Assembly (NCBI GenBank): GCA_963847705.1
Contig: CAWKBC010000007.1
Span: 75,197-139,196, forward strand
Reading direction: 5' to 3'
Source of the DNA: an uncultured Pseudomonadota bacterium
Lineage (GTDB): Bacteria; Myxococcota_A; Polyangia; Fen-1088
DNA length: 64,000 nt
Within the stretch, counting starts at the first letter, position 1. The number at the start of each line of letters is the position of its first letter. The translations under genes and the position numbers were made by a program. The notes below the pieces were generated by a model. The model searched no databases, was not told where the DNA came from, and was given only the letters and a program-made list of their open reading frames with translations. Positions 11,055 through 20,081 of this stretch are shown here, piece after piece.

Positions 11055-11776
11055 ACCTGTGCTCCGTGCGGCTGCGAGGCCGCCACGCCGGGGGTCACGC
11101 GATCGACGAACTTGCCGTCGGCCAGCCGCACGATGGCGTTGGCGTTGGCCATCACCTTCTGGTCGTGCGTCGAGAAGATGAAGGTCGTCTTCTCGGTGCG
11201 ATTGAGCTCCTTCATGAGATCGAGGATGTTCTGCCCGGTCACCGAGTCGAGGTTGGCGGTGGGCTCGTCGGCCAGCACCAGCTGGGGCCGGGTCACCAGC
11301 GCCCGCGCGATCGCCACGCGCTGGCGTTGCCCGCCCGACAGCTCGCTCGGCCGGTGATTGGTGTACTCGCGGATTCCGACCTTCTCCAGCAAGGCGAGAA
11401 CGCGCGCCTTGCGCTCCGGTCCGGAGAGCTGGCGCTGCAGCAGCAGCGGCAATTCGATGTTCTGGAACACCGTCAGCACCGAGACCAGGTTGAAGCTCTG
11501 AAAGATGAAGCCGATGGTGTGCAGCCTCAGCTCGGTCAGCGCGCGCTCGGAGAGCTGGCGGGTGTCCTTGCCGGCCACCTCCACCACGCCCGAGGTGGGC
11601 GTGTCGACGCAGCCGATCAGATTGAGCAGCGTGGTCTTCCCGCTCCCCGACGGACCGGCGATGGAGATGAAGTCGCCGGCCACGACGTCCAGCGTGACGC
11701 CCCGAAGCGCCGGCACCACGACCTTGCCGAGCGTGTAGTTCTTGACCGCATCACGAACCGAAACGATGGCCTTCAT
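11051..11776 (-). CDS. ABC transporter ATP-binding protein (LolD/MacB-like)
   Basis: GPSGSGKTT, IGFIFQSFNL, LSGGQRQRVAIARAL, LADEPTANLD, STHD; start MKAIVSV at 11776. Confidence 0.95.
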   Translation of the reverse strand: MKAIVSVRDAVKNYTLGKVVVPALRGVTLDVVAGDFISIAGPSGSGKTTLLNLIGCVDTPTSGVVEVAGKDTRQLSERALTELRLHTIGFIFQSFNLVSVLTVFQNIELPLLLQRQLSGPERKARVLALLEKVGIREYTNHRPSELSGGQRQRVAIARALVTRPQLVLADEPTANLDSVTGQNILDLMKELNRTEKTTFIFSTHDQKVMANANAIVRLADGKFVDRVTPGVAASQPHGAQV

Positions 11777-11883
11777 GGGGTCCTTTCCGACTGTCCAAAC
11801 TTGCCCGAGATTTCCGGCTTGCCGAGCTTGCGCCCTTCCGACTCGCCAACTTCCGGCTTGGACAGGGCTCCGTCGCTCACGCG

Positions 11884-11912
11884 GCAATAGTCCGGCGTTT
11901 CCCCCCTGTCAA
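11884..11912 (-). promoter_or_regulatory. Putative sigma-70 promoter of the ABC operon
   Basis: Minus strand TTGACA-17 nt-TATTGC about 110 nt upstream of the ATPase start. Confidence 0.5.
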
Positions 11913-11988
11913 GGCGCAAAGCTGTTTCAATGCGACGCCAATCGACTACATTTGCGACCGTTTTCATCCCGTCGTCAGGAGAGACCAC

Positions 11989-12834
11989 ATGAACAAGCTC
12001 TGGTTCCCGTTCGCTGCCGTCATCCCGCTCGCCCTCGCCGTCTCCTCGACCGGTCAGGCCGCCGGAGAGAAGCCGCCAGCCGGTGCTGCTCCCACGGCCG
12101 CGGCCGCCCCCGCGCCCGCGGCGCCAACCGCCGCCGGCGCCACCACCGCGACCTGGTGGGGGCACGCGGCCTGGATCCTCACCACGCCGGCTGGCGCGAC
12201 GATCGCCATCGATCCCTGGCTCGACAATCCGAACGCGCCCAAGATTGATCACCCGAAAACCCTGGACGCCATTCTGGTCACGCACGGCCACTTCGACCAC
12301 GTCGGAAACGCCGCCGAGCTGGCCAAGGCGACCGGCGCCAAGCTGATCACCTCGTTCGAGCTGGCCACCCTGATCGGCGCGGCGAACGCCGAGGGGATGA
12401 ACATCGGCGGCACCATCACGGTCAAGGACGCCACCATTCACCTCGTCGAGGCGGTGCACTCCGGCGGGTTCGGACAGGACAAGACGGGGCCCAAGTACAG
12501 CGGTCCGGCCCTGGGCTTCGTCATCGAGATCGCCAAGGGGCCGACGCTCTATCACGCCGGCGACACCGACGTGTTCCCCGGGATGTCGCTCATCGCCGAT
12601 CGCTACCACCCGACGATCGCCATGCTCCCCATCGGGGGCCACTTCACGATGGACCCCGTCGGCGCCGCGCTGGCGGTCAAGCTGCTGAAGGTCAAGACGG
12701 TCATCCCGATGCACTACGGGACTTTCCCCGCGCTCGCGGGCACGCCCGACGAGCTGCGCGCCGCCCTCAAGAAGGAGAAGAACGGCGCGAAGGTCGTCGA
12801 GTTCAAGCCGGGCGAGCCGCAGACGTTGAAGTAG
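11989..12834 (+). CDS. Metal-dependent hydrolase, metallo-beta-lactamase fold (UPF0173-like), with signal peptide
   Basis: WWGHA, IDPW, THGHFDH, YHAGDT, LPIGGHFTM, IPMHYGTF; RBS AGGAGA; N-terminal signal peptide and Ala/Pro linker. Confidence 0.9.
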   Translation: MNKLWFPFAAVIPLALAVSSTGQAAGEKPPAGAAPTAAAAPAPAAPTAAGATTATWWGHAAWILTTPAGATIAIDPWLDNPNAPKIDHPKTLDAILVTHGHFDHVGNAAELAKATGAKLITSFELATLIGAANAEGMNIGGTITVKDATIHLVEAVHSGGFGQDKTGPKYSGPALGFVIEIAKGPTLYHAGDTDVFPGMSLIADRYHPTIAMLPIGGHFTMDPVGAALAVKLLKVKTVIPMHYGTFPALAGTPDELRAALKKEKNGAKVVEFKPGEPQTLK

Positions 12835-12947
12835 ATGCGCGGGGGCCGGCTCGCCCTCCCCGCGGGTGAGCGCGCAGAGCCGGCCTCGCCATTTCGCCTC
12901 GCCCGCCATTTGACCCAGGGCGATTATTCAAATTTGACTATGGCCGG

Positions 12948-13556
12948 TCAAGAGGATTTTTCGCGCTTGCGATGCCCGGCGCCCGGCCGCGAAACCGCGG
13001 CCGATTTGCCCACCTCGTAGGTCCCCCGTTCGAGCCGCCCCATGAGCGTGCGGGCCCAGGGGATCTCGGCGTTCAAGATGGCGTGCATGCGATCGTAGAG
13101 CTCCTTGACGTGCTCGGGCGTCTCCGGCGGATGGATCTCCTTGCGCGAGAATTCCAGCTGCTTGAGCGCCCCCTCGAGCGCGGCGATCCGGTGCTCGAGC
13201 GCCGCCGACAGCTCGGCCGCGCTCAGGCTCGGCATGAAGCAGAGCGCCGGCATCAGCTCGTCGAGCGGCGGCGCCACCCTCCACCAGGTGGCGCGCAGGA
13301 GGGTCTGGTACTCCTTTTCGCCGTCGACCGTCAGGCTGTACTGCGTCCGCTCGGGGCGCCCGCCGATCTGCCCGGTGCCCACCACCTTGAGGAACTTCTC
13401 CTTCGTCAGCGTCTTGAGCGCGTTGTAGATGGAGCCGGGCGCCACGTTGGCCCACTTGTCGACCCGCCAGGTCAGGAGCTCGCGCCGCACGTCATAGCCG
13501 TGCACCGGCTGGAAGAGGCGCACCGCGCCCAGAACCAGGAGCCGCGTCGACGACAT
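12948..13556 (-). CDS. PadR family transcriptional regulator
   Basis: HGYDVRREL...PGSIYNALKTL...RTQYSLTVDG winged-helix pattern. Confidence 0.9.
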   Translation of the reverse strand: MSSTRLLVLGAVRLFQPVHGYDVRRELLTWRVDKWANVAPGSIYNALKTLTKEKFLKVVGTGQIGGRPERTQYSLTVDGEKEYQTLLRATWWRVAPPLDELMPALCFMPSLSAAELSAALEHRIAALEGALKQLEFSRKEIHPPETPEHVKELYDRMHAILNAEIPWARTLMGRLERGTYEVGKSAAVSRPGAGHRKREKSS

Positions 13557-13562
13557 CGCCGC

Positions 13563-14075
13563 TCAGGTCAGCTTGATCTCGACGACCAGATCGTTCGCCA
13601 GCCGTTCCAGCTCGGCGCGCAACCTGGCCAGGTCGGTGGCAGGCGAGACGCGAACGTGCGCGTGGGCCTCGAACAGCATCTCCGCCGACATCGGCGCGCT
13701 CACCCGGTTGGTGGTCAGCTCTTCGACGTTGACCCCCTGGCCCGCCAGCAGCTGCGAGATCTCGCGGACGATCCCCGGCCGGTCGAGGCCGACCAGCTCG
13801 AGCTCCATGCTCTTCTCCGCCGGCGGGGCCGCCGGACGCGCCGCCGTCTCGACGATCACCTTGAGGCCGCGGCCTTCCAGCGCTGCCAGCGCCGCCGTCG
13901 CCGCCACCACCCGCTCCGTCGGCACCTCTGCGCGCAGGATCCCCGCGAACTTGCCGCAGAGATGGCTCATCCGGCTCTCCAGCCAGTTCCCGCCGTGCGC
14001 GGCGATCACACCGGCCACGAGCTCGACGAGCCCCGGCCAATCGGGCCCCAACAACGTGAGCACCAGGTCCGTCAT
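13563..14075 (-). CDS. Double ACT-domain protein (GcvR-like glycine cleavage regulator family)
   Basis: LTLLGPDWPGLV...GGNWLESRMSHL and second ACT ELVGLDRPGIVREIS...VNVEEL; start MTDLVL at 14075. Confidence 0.85.
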   Translation of the reverse strand: MTDLVLTLLGPDWPGLVELVAGVIAAHGGNWLESRMSHLCGKFAGILRAEVPTERVVAATAALAALEGRGLKVIVETAARPAAPPAEKSMELELVGLDRPGIVREISQLLAGQGVNVEELTTNRVSAPMSAEMLFEAHAHVRVSPATDLARLRAELERLANDLVVEIKLT

Positions 14076-14100
14076 GCGCGGGAGGATAGCGCATCGCCAC

Positions 14101-14219
14101 TTTGGGAACCCTCGAAGGGTTCCCAAACCCTCCCGCGACGACTCCGCCGGGCGAAGCCCGCCTCCGTCCACGCCAACAACTTGGGAACCCTCAAAGGGTT
14201 CCCAAACCCTCCCGCGACG
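14101..14219 (+). repeat. Two tandem copies of palindromic REP-like element (family A)
   Basis: TTGGGAACCCT-CGA/CAA-AGGGTTCCCAA-ACCCTCCCGCGACG at 14102 and 14181. Confidence 0.85.
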
Positions 14220-14234
14220 CGAGCGGCGCGGTCC

Positions 14235-14906
14235 CTACGGGGTGGCGCTGGCGTTCGGCGCGCCGGCGCGCGGACGCCCCAGCCGATCCAGGTCCCGCTT
14301 GGGCGCCTTGGCGGCACCACGCGAAGCGCAGACTGCGTCGACCAGATGACGTCCGCAGGTGCCTGCGCGCGTCTCGCTCCGCTTGCCCGGCCAGCTCGCC
14401 TCGATGCTCTTCTCGTGGCAGTCGGCGACCGCCGTATAGATGGTGTCATCGGCGCTCGGCGCGATCCCGCCGGTCGGCGCCCAACGGAACAACGTCCCGC
14501 CGCCCATCTCCCGGACGGAGTCGCGATCGAACACCAGCCGATCGCCGGCCTCGCGCTCGCAGGCAACGTCCCAGGCGCCTGAGGCTGCGTCGTCGTCCTC
14601 CGGCACGGTCACGCTCATCAACGCGCCCCGAGACGGACCTGCTGTCCCGATCGGCGGCCCAGCGACCACCTCGGTCGTGCTGCAAGCCTCCGCCCTCGTC
14701 CACCCGACATTGCTGACATTGCCGACATCGCCGTCGTCGCCGACACTCCCCTCGCCGCCCACGTTGCCCGCGGTCGCTGCGTCGGCCTCCTGCGCTTCAC
14801 GCGCCTGCTGCACCTCCCGCCGCCATCCGAAGTCGTCGAACCCGTGTCCCTTCTCTCGAACCGCCGCTCCCGCCAACATCATCAACCCCGTCACCACGCT
14901 CCTCAT
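14235..14906 (-). CDS. Hypothetical protein
   Basis: 223-aa ORF with RBS-like CAGGAAG before ATG and an AT-richer upstream region; no recognisable domain. Confidence 0.45.
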   Translation of the reverse strand: MRSVVTGLMMLAGAAVREKGHGFDDFGWRREVQQAREAQEADAATAGNVGGEGSVGDDGDVGNVSNVGWTRAEACSTTEVVAGPPIGTAGPSRGALMSVTVPEDDDAASGAWDVACEREAGDRLVFDRDSVREMGGGTLFRWAPTGGIAPSADDTIYTAVADCHEKSIEASWPGKRSETRAGTCGRHLVDAVCASRGAAKAPKRDLDRLGRPRAGAPNASATP

Positions 14907-15104
14907 GATCTTCCTGTCGTCCTTTCGTTTGCCTCAGCCTCTGCTTCGGCCTGCGTTTTCAGTTTTCAACTTCATCGCGATCGTACCGGTCATCGGTCCG
15001 ACCTCAGGGAATGTTGAGGGCCAAAACACCGCGACGCAACCTTTCGCTCGAATGTTTACGGGCGGTTCACACCGCCGAAACCAAACCGCGACGTCAATGT
15101 TCTG

Positions 15105-17033
15105 TCAGGGCTCGACGGCGCCCGCGGCGCAGCCAGTTTGCGGGCGCGGCATGCCGCGCTGATCCGTCGCCGGACAGTCGACGCCGATGCCAAGCGCCGG
15201 GCTTCCAGCGGCCGGAACCTGCGTCTCGGTGTCGCCGCCGTTGTCCTGCAGCGCTCCGAGCTTCGCGTCGGCGAACTTCGTCGACGGCGTGCAGGGGGTG
15301 TCGGCGTCCGTGCAGACGGTGTGCGCCATCGGCCACTGGACGTTGCCGTCGCCGGTGCTGGCGCCGTCGGCGCAGGCCATCGGGGAGCCGCAGTCCATCG
15401 TCGTGTTGTTGGCGAAGATCGTATTTCGGATCGTCAGCGCGGTCCCGCCCGCGATCGCCGCCGCGAAGAGCCCCGCCCCACCCGGCGAGCTGTTGTCAGC
15501 GAAGGTGCAATTGACGATCGTGCCACCGTTTCCAAACAGCGCCAGCGCGCCCCCCAGGCCGTTGGTCGCGCTGTTCCCCGAGAAGGTGTCGTTGGTGAAA
15601 TCGAACGTCGTGCCGTCGGCCTGGATGGCGCCCGAGCCCTTCGCAGAGTTGCCCGCGAACGTCGAGCTGCTGATCACCAGCTCGGAGTTGTGAAGGTAGA
15701 GCGCGCCGCCGTTCATGGCCTGGTTGCCGGTGAAGGCGCAGAGGTTGAAGGTCGTGGTTCGCTGTGCGCCGTCCGGGGTGCGCCCGAGGGCGCCGCCCAA
15801 CTCGTTGGCCACGTTGTTGGTGAAGGTGTCGCCACAGAACATGTCGTCGCCGTCGTCGCCGCCGTCGATCCCGATCGCCGCGGCGTTGCCGCCGTTGCCG
15901 ATCTCGCCGCCCCGCACCGAGCACTTCGTGGTGTCGACGGTGTTCTCGCCGCTCCCCAGCGCTTTGTTCCCGGAGAACGCGCTGTCGACCACCTGCAGAT
16001 CGGAGTTGAGCATTCCGATGGCGCCGCCGTTCGATCCGCTGTTGCCGGTGAAGGTGCTCCCCTGGACGATCACCCCCAGCGATCCGAGGGCGTAGATCGC
16101 GCCGCCACCCACGTCCGGGCCGAGCGCCGGCGCCTGATTGTTGGTGAAGACCGCGTCGATCACGTGCAGCAGGCCGTTGCGAACGTAGATCGCGGCACCC
16201 CCTCCGTCGGTGTCGGTCCCTTGCGAGCAGGGCGCCGGCGCGGTCGGGATCGCGGTTCCGGTCGAGCGACCGTTCGTAAGCGCGATCTGCTGCAGGGTGA
16301 CCGTGACGTGGCTGGTCCGATAGTTCGGATCGCTGAAGCTCAGGAGACGGACGTTCCCGCCACCATCGAGCGTGATCCGGTTGCCGCCATCGATGGTCGT
16401 GTCGACGTTGGTGGGGAGCGTGGCGGTCTGCGTGAGGACGATGGCCAGCGCGCCGCCGCAGTTGAAGGTGATCTTGCCGCCCAGCGCCGCGGCCGCACGG
16501 AACGCCGATTCGGTGCAGCTCGCGGCGGTGCCGGTGCCGACCACGTGGTCGGGCGTCGAGGTGTCGACCGGATCGAGAGGGGAGGGGCAGCTGGTCGGCG
16601 GCGCGCCGGTGCTTGCGCCTTGCCCCCCGCTGCCGCCTTGCCCCCCGCTGCCGCCTTGCCCCCCGCTGCCGCCTTGGCCCCCGCTGCCGCCTCGGGCGCC
16701 ACTGCCGCCTTGGCCCGCGCTGCCGCCTTGGCCCGCGCTGCCGCCTTGGCCCCCGCTGCCGCCTTGGCCCGCGCTACCACCTTGGCCCCCGCTGCCGCCT
16801 TGGCCCGCGCTGCCACCGTGGCCCCCGCTGCCGCCTTGACCCACACTGCCGCCTGCGCCTCCGCTGCCGCCTGGGCCCCCGCTGCCGCCGCGACCGCTCG
16901 ACGAGCTTCCGCTGCAGGCGCCCGAGACGAGCGCGAGCGAGAGCAGGAGCGCCGCGGGGCGCGGCCTCACGAGAGGGAGATGTCGAGGCCGGGCCGCGGC
17001 CGGGCGCAGATGGCGACGCCAGGAAAAGCTCAT
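15105..17033 (-). CDS. Surface lipoprotein: Gly/Ser tether, right-handed beta-helix (Pmp-like GGAI/FxxN repeats) and choice-of-anchor-Q-like C-terminus
   Basis: GGAGG RBS before ATG 17033; lipobox LVSGAC; (GGQGGS)n; many GGAI...FTGNS repeats; C-terminal LGALQDNGG...TDQRG...GAVE. Confidence 0.8.
   Translation of the reverse strand: MSFSWRRHLRPAAARPRHLPLVRPRPAALLLSLALVSGACSGSSSSGRGGSGGPGGSGGAGGSVGQGGSGGHGGSAGQGGSGGQGGSAGQGGSGGQGGSAGQGGSAGQGGSGARGGSGGQGGSGGQGGSGGQGGSGGQGASTGAPPTSCPSPLDPVDTSTPDHVVGTGTAASCTESAFRAAAALGGKITFNCGGALAIVLTQTATLPTNVDTTIDGGNRITLDGGGNVRLLSFSDPNYRTSHVTVTLQQIALTNGRSTGTAIPTAPAPCSQGTDTDGGGAAIYVRNGLLHVIDAVFTNNQAPALGPDVGGGAIYALGSLGVIVQGSTFTGNSGSNGGAIGMLNSDLQVVDSAFSGNKALGSGENTVDTTKCSVRGGEIGNGGNAAAIGIDGGDDGDDMFCGDTFTNNVANELGGALGRTPDGAQRTTTFNLCAFTGNQAMNGGALYLHNSELVISSSTFAGNSAKGSGAIQADGTTFDFTNDTFSGNSATNGLGGALALFGNGGTIVNCTFADNSSPGGAGLFAAAIAGGTALTIRNTIFANNTTMDCGSPMACADGASTGDGNVQWPMAHTVCTDADTPCTPSTKFADAKLGALQDNGGDTETQVPAAGSPALGIGVDCPATDQRGMPRPQTGCAAGAVEP
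16615..16890 (-). repeat. 18-bp coding tandem repeat (GGQGGS/AGQGGS)
   Basis: Repeated GCCGCCTTG(G/C)CCC(C/G)CGCT units on the + strand, roughly 14-15 copies. Confidence 0.9.
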
Positions 17034-17073
17034 CGGAACCTCCAGGTGACCATCAGCGTAGCGGACGGCGGTC

Positions 17074-17121
17074 ATTGCGTAAAATGAATTGTTCGCGACC
17101 GTCCGTTGCGAGTTTTGCAAT
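17074..17121. promoter_or_regulatory. LysR/IlvY-type operator(s)
   Basis: TTGC-GAGTTTT-GCAA dyad (T-N11-A) just upstream of ilvY, plus weaker ATTGCGTAAAATGAAT toward the divergent gene. Confidence 0.55.
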
Positions 17122-17133
17122 ACTACGCGGACC

Positions 17134-18054
17134 ATGGACTACGACACGCTCCGGCTCTTCCTGCACCTGTCGCGCACGCTGCACTTCCTGCGCACGAGCC
17201 GCGCTTGCCACGTCAGCCCCTCCGCCCTCTCCCGCGCGGTGCAGCGCCTCGAGCGCCAGACCGGCTGGCCGCTCCTCGAGCGGGATCGCCGCTCGGTGCG
17301 CCTGACGCCGGAGGGGGCGCGCTTCGCCGCGCACGCCCGCGAGACCCTGGAGCGCTGGGAGGAGCTGCAGCGCGACCTGCGCGGACGGCGCGAGACGCTG
17401 ACCGGGACGATCGTCCTCTTTGCCTCGGTGACCGCCTGCCAGACGTTTCTCCCCGAGCTCCTCAGCGAGTTCCGCCAGCGTCACCCGGACATCCACATCC
17501 AGCTGGAGACCGGCTACGCGGCCGACGCGCTCGAGCGTCTGGCGGAAGGGCGCGTCGACGTGAGCATCGCCGCGATTCCGGCGCGGGTGCCGCGGGCGCT
17601 GGTGGCGCGCGTCCTCCTGCACACGCCGCTGGTCTTCGCGGCGCCGCGTGCGGCCTGCGAGGTCGAGCGCCTCTCCCACCGGCGGCCGATCCCCTGGGCC
17701 GAGCTGCCGATCGTCATGCCGGCCTCGGGCCAGGCCCGCGAGAGCGCGGATCGCTGGTTTCGCCGCCGGCGCATCGAACCTCGCATCTACGGCGAGCTCC
17801 CCGGCAGCGAGGCGATCCTGGCGCTCTGCAGTCTCGGTTGCGGCATCGGCATCGTGCCGCGCCTGGTGCTGGAGGAGAGCCCTCTCGCCTCCAAGGTGCG
17901 GATCCTCGACGCCGACGATGCCCGCGAGGCGCTGGGCGAATTCCGCGTCGGCGTCTGCACGCAGCGCAAGAAGCTCGGCTCCCCGCTGGTGCAAGCGCTG
18001 TGGGAGTCGTTCCGCGCCCACCCCGCACGCACGGCGGCGGTCTCCGCCCGCTAG
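17134..18054 (+). CDS. ilvY: LysR-family transcriptional activator IlvY
   Basis: MDYDTLRLFLHLSRTLHF..TSRACHVSPSALSR, FASVTA, ETG, EAILALCSLGCGIG and VGVC resemble proteobacterial IlvY; adjacent to ilvD. Confidence 0.85.
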   Translation: MDYDTLRLFLHLSRTLHFLRTSRACHVSPSALSRAVQRLERQTGWPLLERDRRSVRLTPEGARFAAHARETLERWEELQRDLRGRRETLTGTIVLFASVTACQTFLPELLSEFRQRHPDIHIQLETGYAADALERLAEGRVDVSIAAIPARVPRALVARVLLHTPLVFAAPRAACEVERLSHRRPIPWAELPIVMPASGQARESADRWFRRRRIEPRIYGELPGSEAILALCSLGCGIGIVPRLVLEESPLASKVRILDADDAREALGEFRVGVCTQRKKLGSPLVQALWESFRAHPARTAAVSAR

Positions 18055-18282
18055 CAGCGGCCTGGCGGGCGATTTGATGCAGGCAATGCATCAGGATGAT
18101 GTACCCGCTGGCGATCGCCGCGTCGTTCCGGGCCGCCGGCAAGGGGAACGCGCCGCCGGCGGGCGACCGCGCGGTGCTGGCGACCTACCTGGCGCTGGTC
18201 GTGGGGCTGACGGCGTTGATGGTGGCGGCCCACCACGGCGCCGGTGACCTGCCGGTGCGAGCCCACGCCCAGGGGGCGGCGT

Positions 18283-19944
18283 TCAGCGTGTGACCGGCAG
18301 CGTGATGGCGCCTTCGGCCGCCGAGGAGACGGCGGCGGCGTACTTGGCCATCACGCCGGTGCGATAGCGCGGCGCCGGCGGCTGCCAGCTGCTCTCGCGC
18401 CGGCGGGCCTCGACGTCGAAGTCGACATCGATGCGGCGCGTGTCGACGTCGAGCGTGATGGTGTCGCCGTCGCGGACGAAGGCGATCGGACCACCCACCT
18501 GCGCCTCGGGGGCGACGTGCCCGACCATGAAGCCGTGGGTGGCGCCGGAGAATCGCCCGTCGGTGAGCAGCACGACGCTGTCGTCCAGCTTCTGCCCGAC
18601 CAGCGCGCCGGTGACGCCCAGCATCTCGCGCATCCCCGGGCCGCCCTTGGGCCCCTCGTAGCGGATGATGACCACGTCGCCCGGCTTGATCTGGCGCGCC
18701 TGCACGGCCGCGAAGCAGGCCTCCTCCGAATCGAACACGCGCGCCGGGCCGCTGTGCTGGCGGCGGTCGTGGCCTGCCAGCTTCACCACCGACCCGTCCG
18801 GGGCCAGCGAGCCGCGCATGATGGCGAAGCCGCCCCGCGGGCTGAGCGGCCTTCCCACCGGCCGGACGACCTCCTGGCCCGTCGTCTCGAGGGCGGTCTC
18901 GGCCTCCTCGACGATGCTGTTGCCGTTGACCGTCAGGCTCTCCTGCAGCATCCCCGCCTCGAGCAGGCGCTTGGCCACCAGGCGGACCCCGCCGGCGCGG
19001 TCGAAATCGGTGGCGAAGAACCGCCCGCCCGGCTTGAGGTCACCCAGCGTGGGCGTGCGCGCGGAGATCAGGTCGAAGTCTTCCAGCGTCAGCGGAACGT
19101 TGGCTTCCCTGGCCAGCGCCATCAGGTGCAGGACCGCGTTGGTCGAGCCGGCCGTGGTGGCCACGGCGGTGATGGCGTTCTCGAAGGCCGCGCGGGTGAG
19201 GATCTTGCTCGGCCGCAGATCCTCGGTGACGAGGCGCATGACGATCTTGCCGGCGCGGATCGCGGCGGCGCTCTTGCGCGCGTCGACCGCCGGGATGTCG
19301 TTGAGCCCCATCGGGGAGATCCCCAGCATCTCGGCCGCCATCGACATCGTGTTGGCGGTGAACTGACCGCCGCAGGCGCCGGCGCCCGGGCAGGCCACAT
19401 CCTCCAGCGCGCGCAGCTCGCTCTCGGTGATGCGGCCGGCGGAGCAGGCGCCCACCGCCTCGAACACGTCCTGGATCGTCACCAGCTTGCCGCGAAAGTT
19501 TCCCGGCATGATCGACCCGCCGTAGAGCATCAGCCCGGGCAGGTCGAGGCGGGCCAGCGCCATCATGGTGCCGGGGATGGTCTTGTCGCAGCCCGACAGC
19601 GCGATGACGCCGTCGCACATGGCGCCGCGCACGGCGAGCTCGATCGAATCGGCGATCACCTCGCGCGACACCAGCGAGGCCCGCATCCCCTCGGTCCCCA
19701 TGCTGATCCCGTCGGAGACGACGATGGTGTTGAACTCGATCGGCGTGCCGCCGGCGGCGCGGATCCCCTCCTTGACGTGGACCGCCAGGTCCCGCAAATG
19801 CATGTTGCAGGGCGTGGCGTCGGTCCAGGTGTTGGCCACCGCGATGAGCGGCCTGGCGAGATCGGCGTCCTTGAGCCCGGTCGCCTTCAACATCGCGCGC
19901 GCCGGAGCGCGGTTGATCCCCTTGAGCAGCGCGTCGCTTTTCAC
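18283..19944 (-). CDS. ilvD: Dihydroxy-acid dehydratase
   Basis: [76 protein letters not shown]. Confidence 0.97.
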   Translation of the reverse strand: MKSDALLKGINRAPARAMLKATGLKDADLARPLIAVANTWTDATPCNMHLRDLAVHVKEGIRAAGGTPIEFNTIVVSDGISMGTEGMRASLVSREVIADSIELAVRGAMCDGVIALSGCDKTIPGTMMALARLDLPGLMLYGGSIMPGNFRGKLVTIQDVFEAVGACSAGRITESELRALEDVACPGAGACGGQFTANTMSMAAEMLGISPMGLNDIPAVDARKSAAAIRAGKIVMRLVTEDLRPSKILTRAAFENAITAVATTAGSTNAVLHLMALAREANVPLTLEDFDLISARTPTLGDLKPGGRFFATDFDRAGGVRLVAKRLLEAGMLQESLTVNGNSIVEEAETALETTGQEVVRPVGRPLSPRGGFAIMRGSLAPDGSVVKLAGHDRRQHSGPARVFDSEEACFAAVQARQIKPGDVVIIRYEGPKGGPGMREMLGVTGALVGQKLDDSVVLLTDGRFSGATHGFMVGHVAPEAQVGGPIAFVRDGDTITLDVDTRRIDVDFDVEARRRESSWQPPAPRYRTGVMAKYAAAVSSAAEGAITLPVTR

Positions 19945-20081
19945 TGCCGGCCAGTATGCCACGCCGAGCGCGAGGCGACGCTGGAAGCGGGCGGAGGAGC
20001 CAGGGCGCCTTCGGCCGCCACGTCGTGGGGCATATCGCTCTGCTCACCGTCGCCTCACGGCGACGCCCTGCTGGGCGACTG

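Noticed and set aside
14910-14945. c-di-GMP-I riboswitch suggested by GGCAAAC-GAAA-GGACG on the minus strand
   Set aside because: No P2 stem around GAAA and no second hairpin.
18062-18078. Sigma-54 promoter TGGCGGG-N4-TTGA
   Set aside because: The conserved -12 GC is missing and the -24 match is weak in GC-rich DNA.
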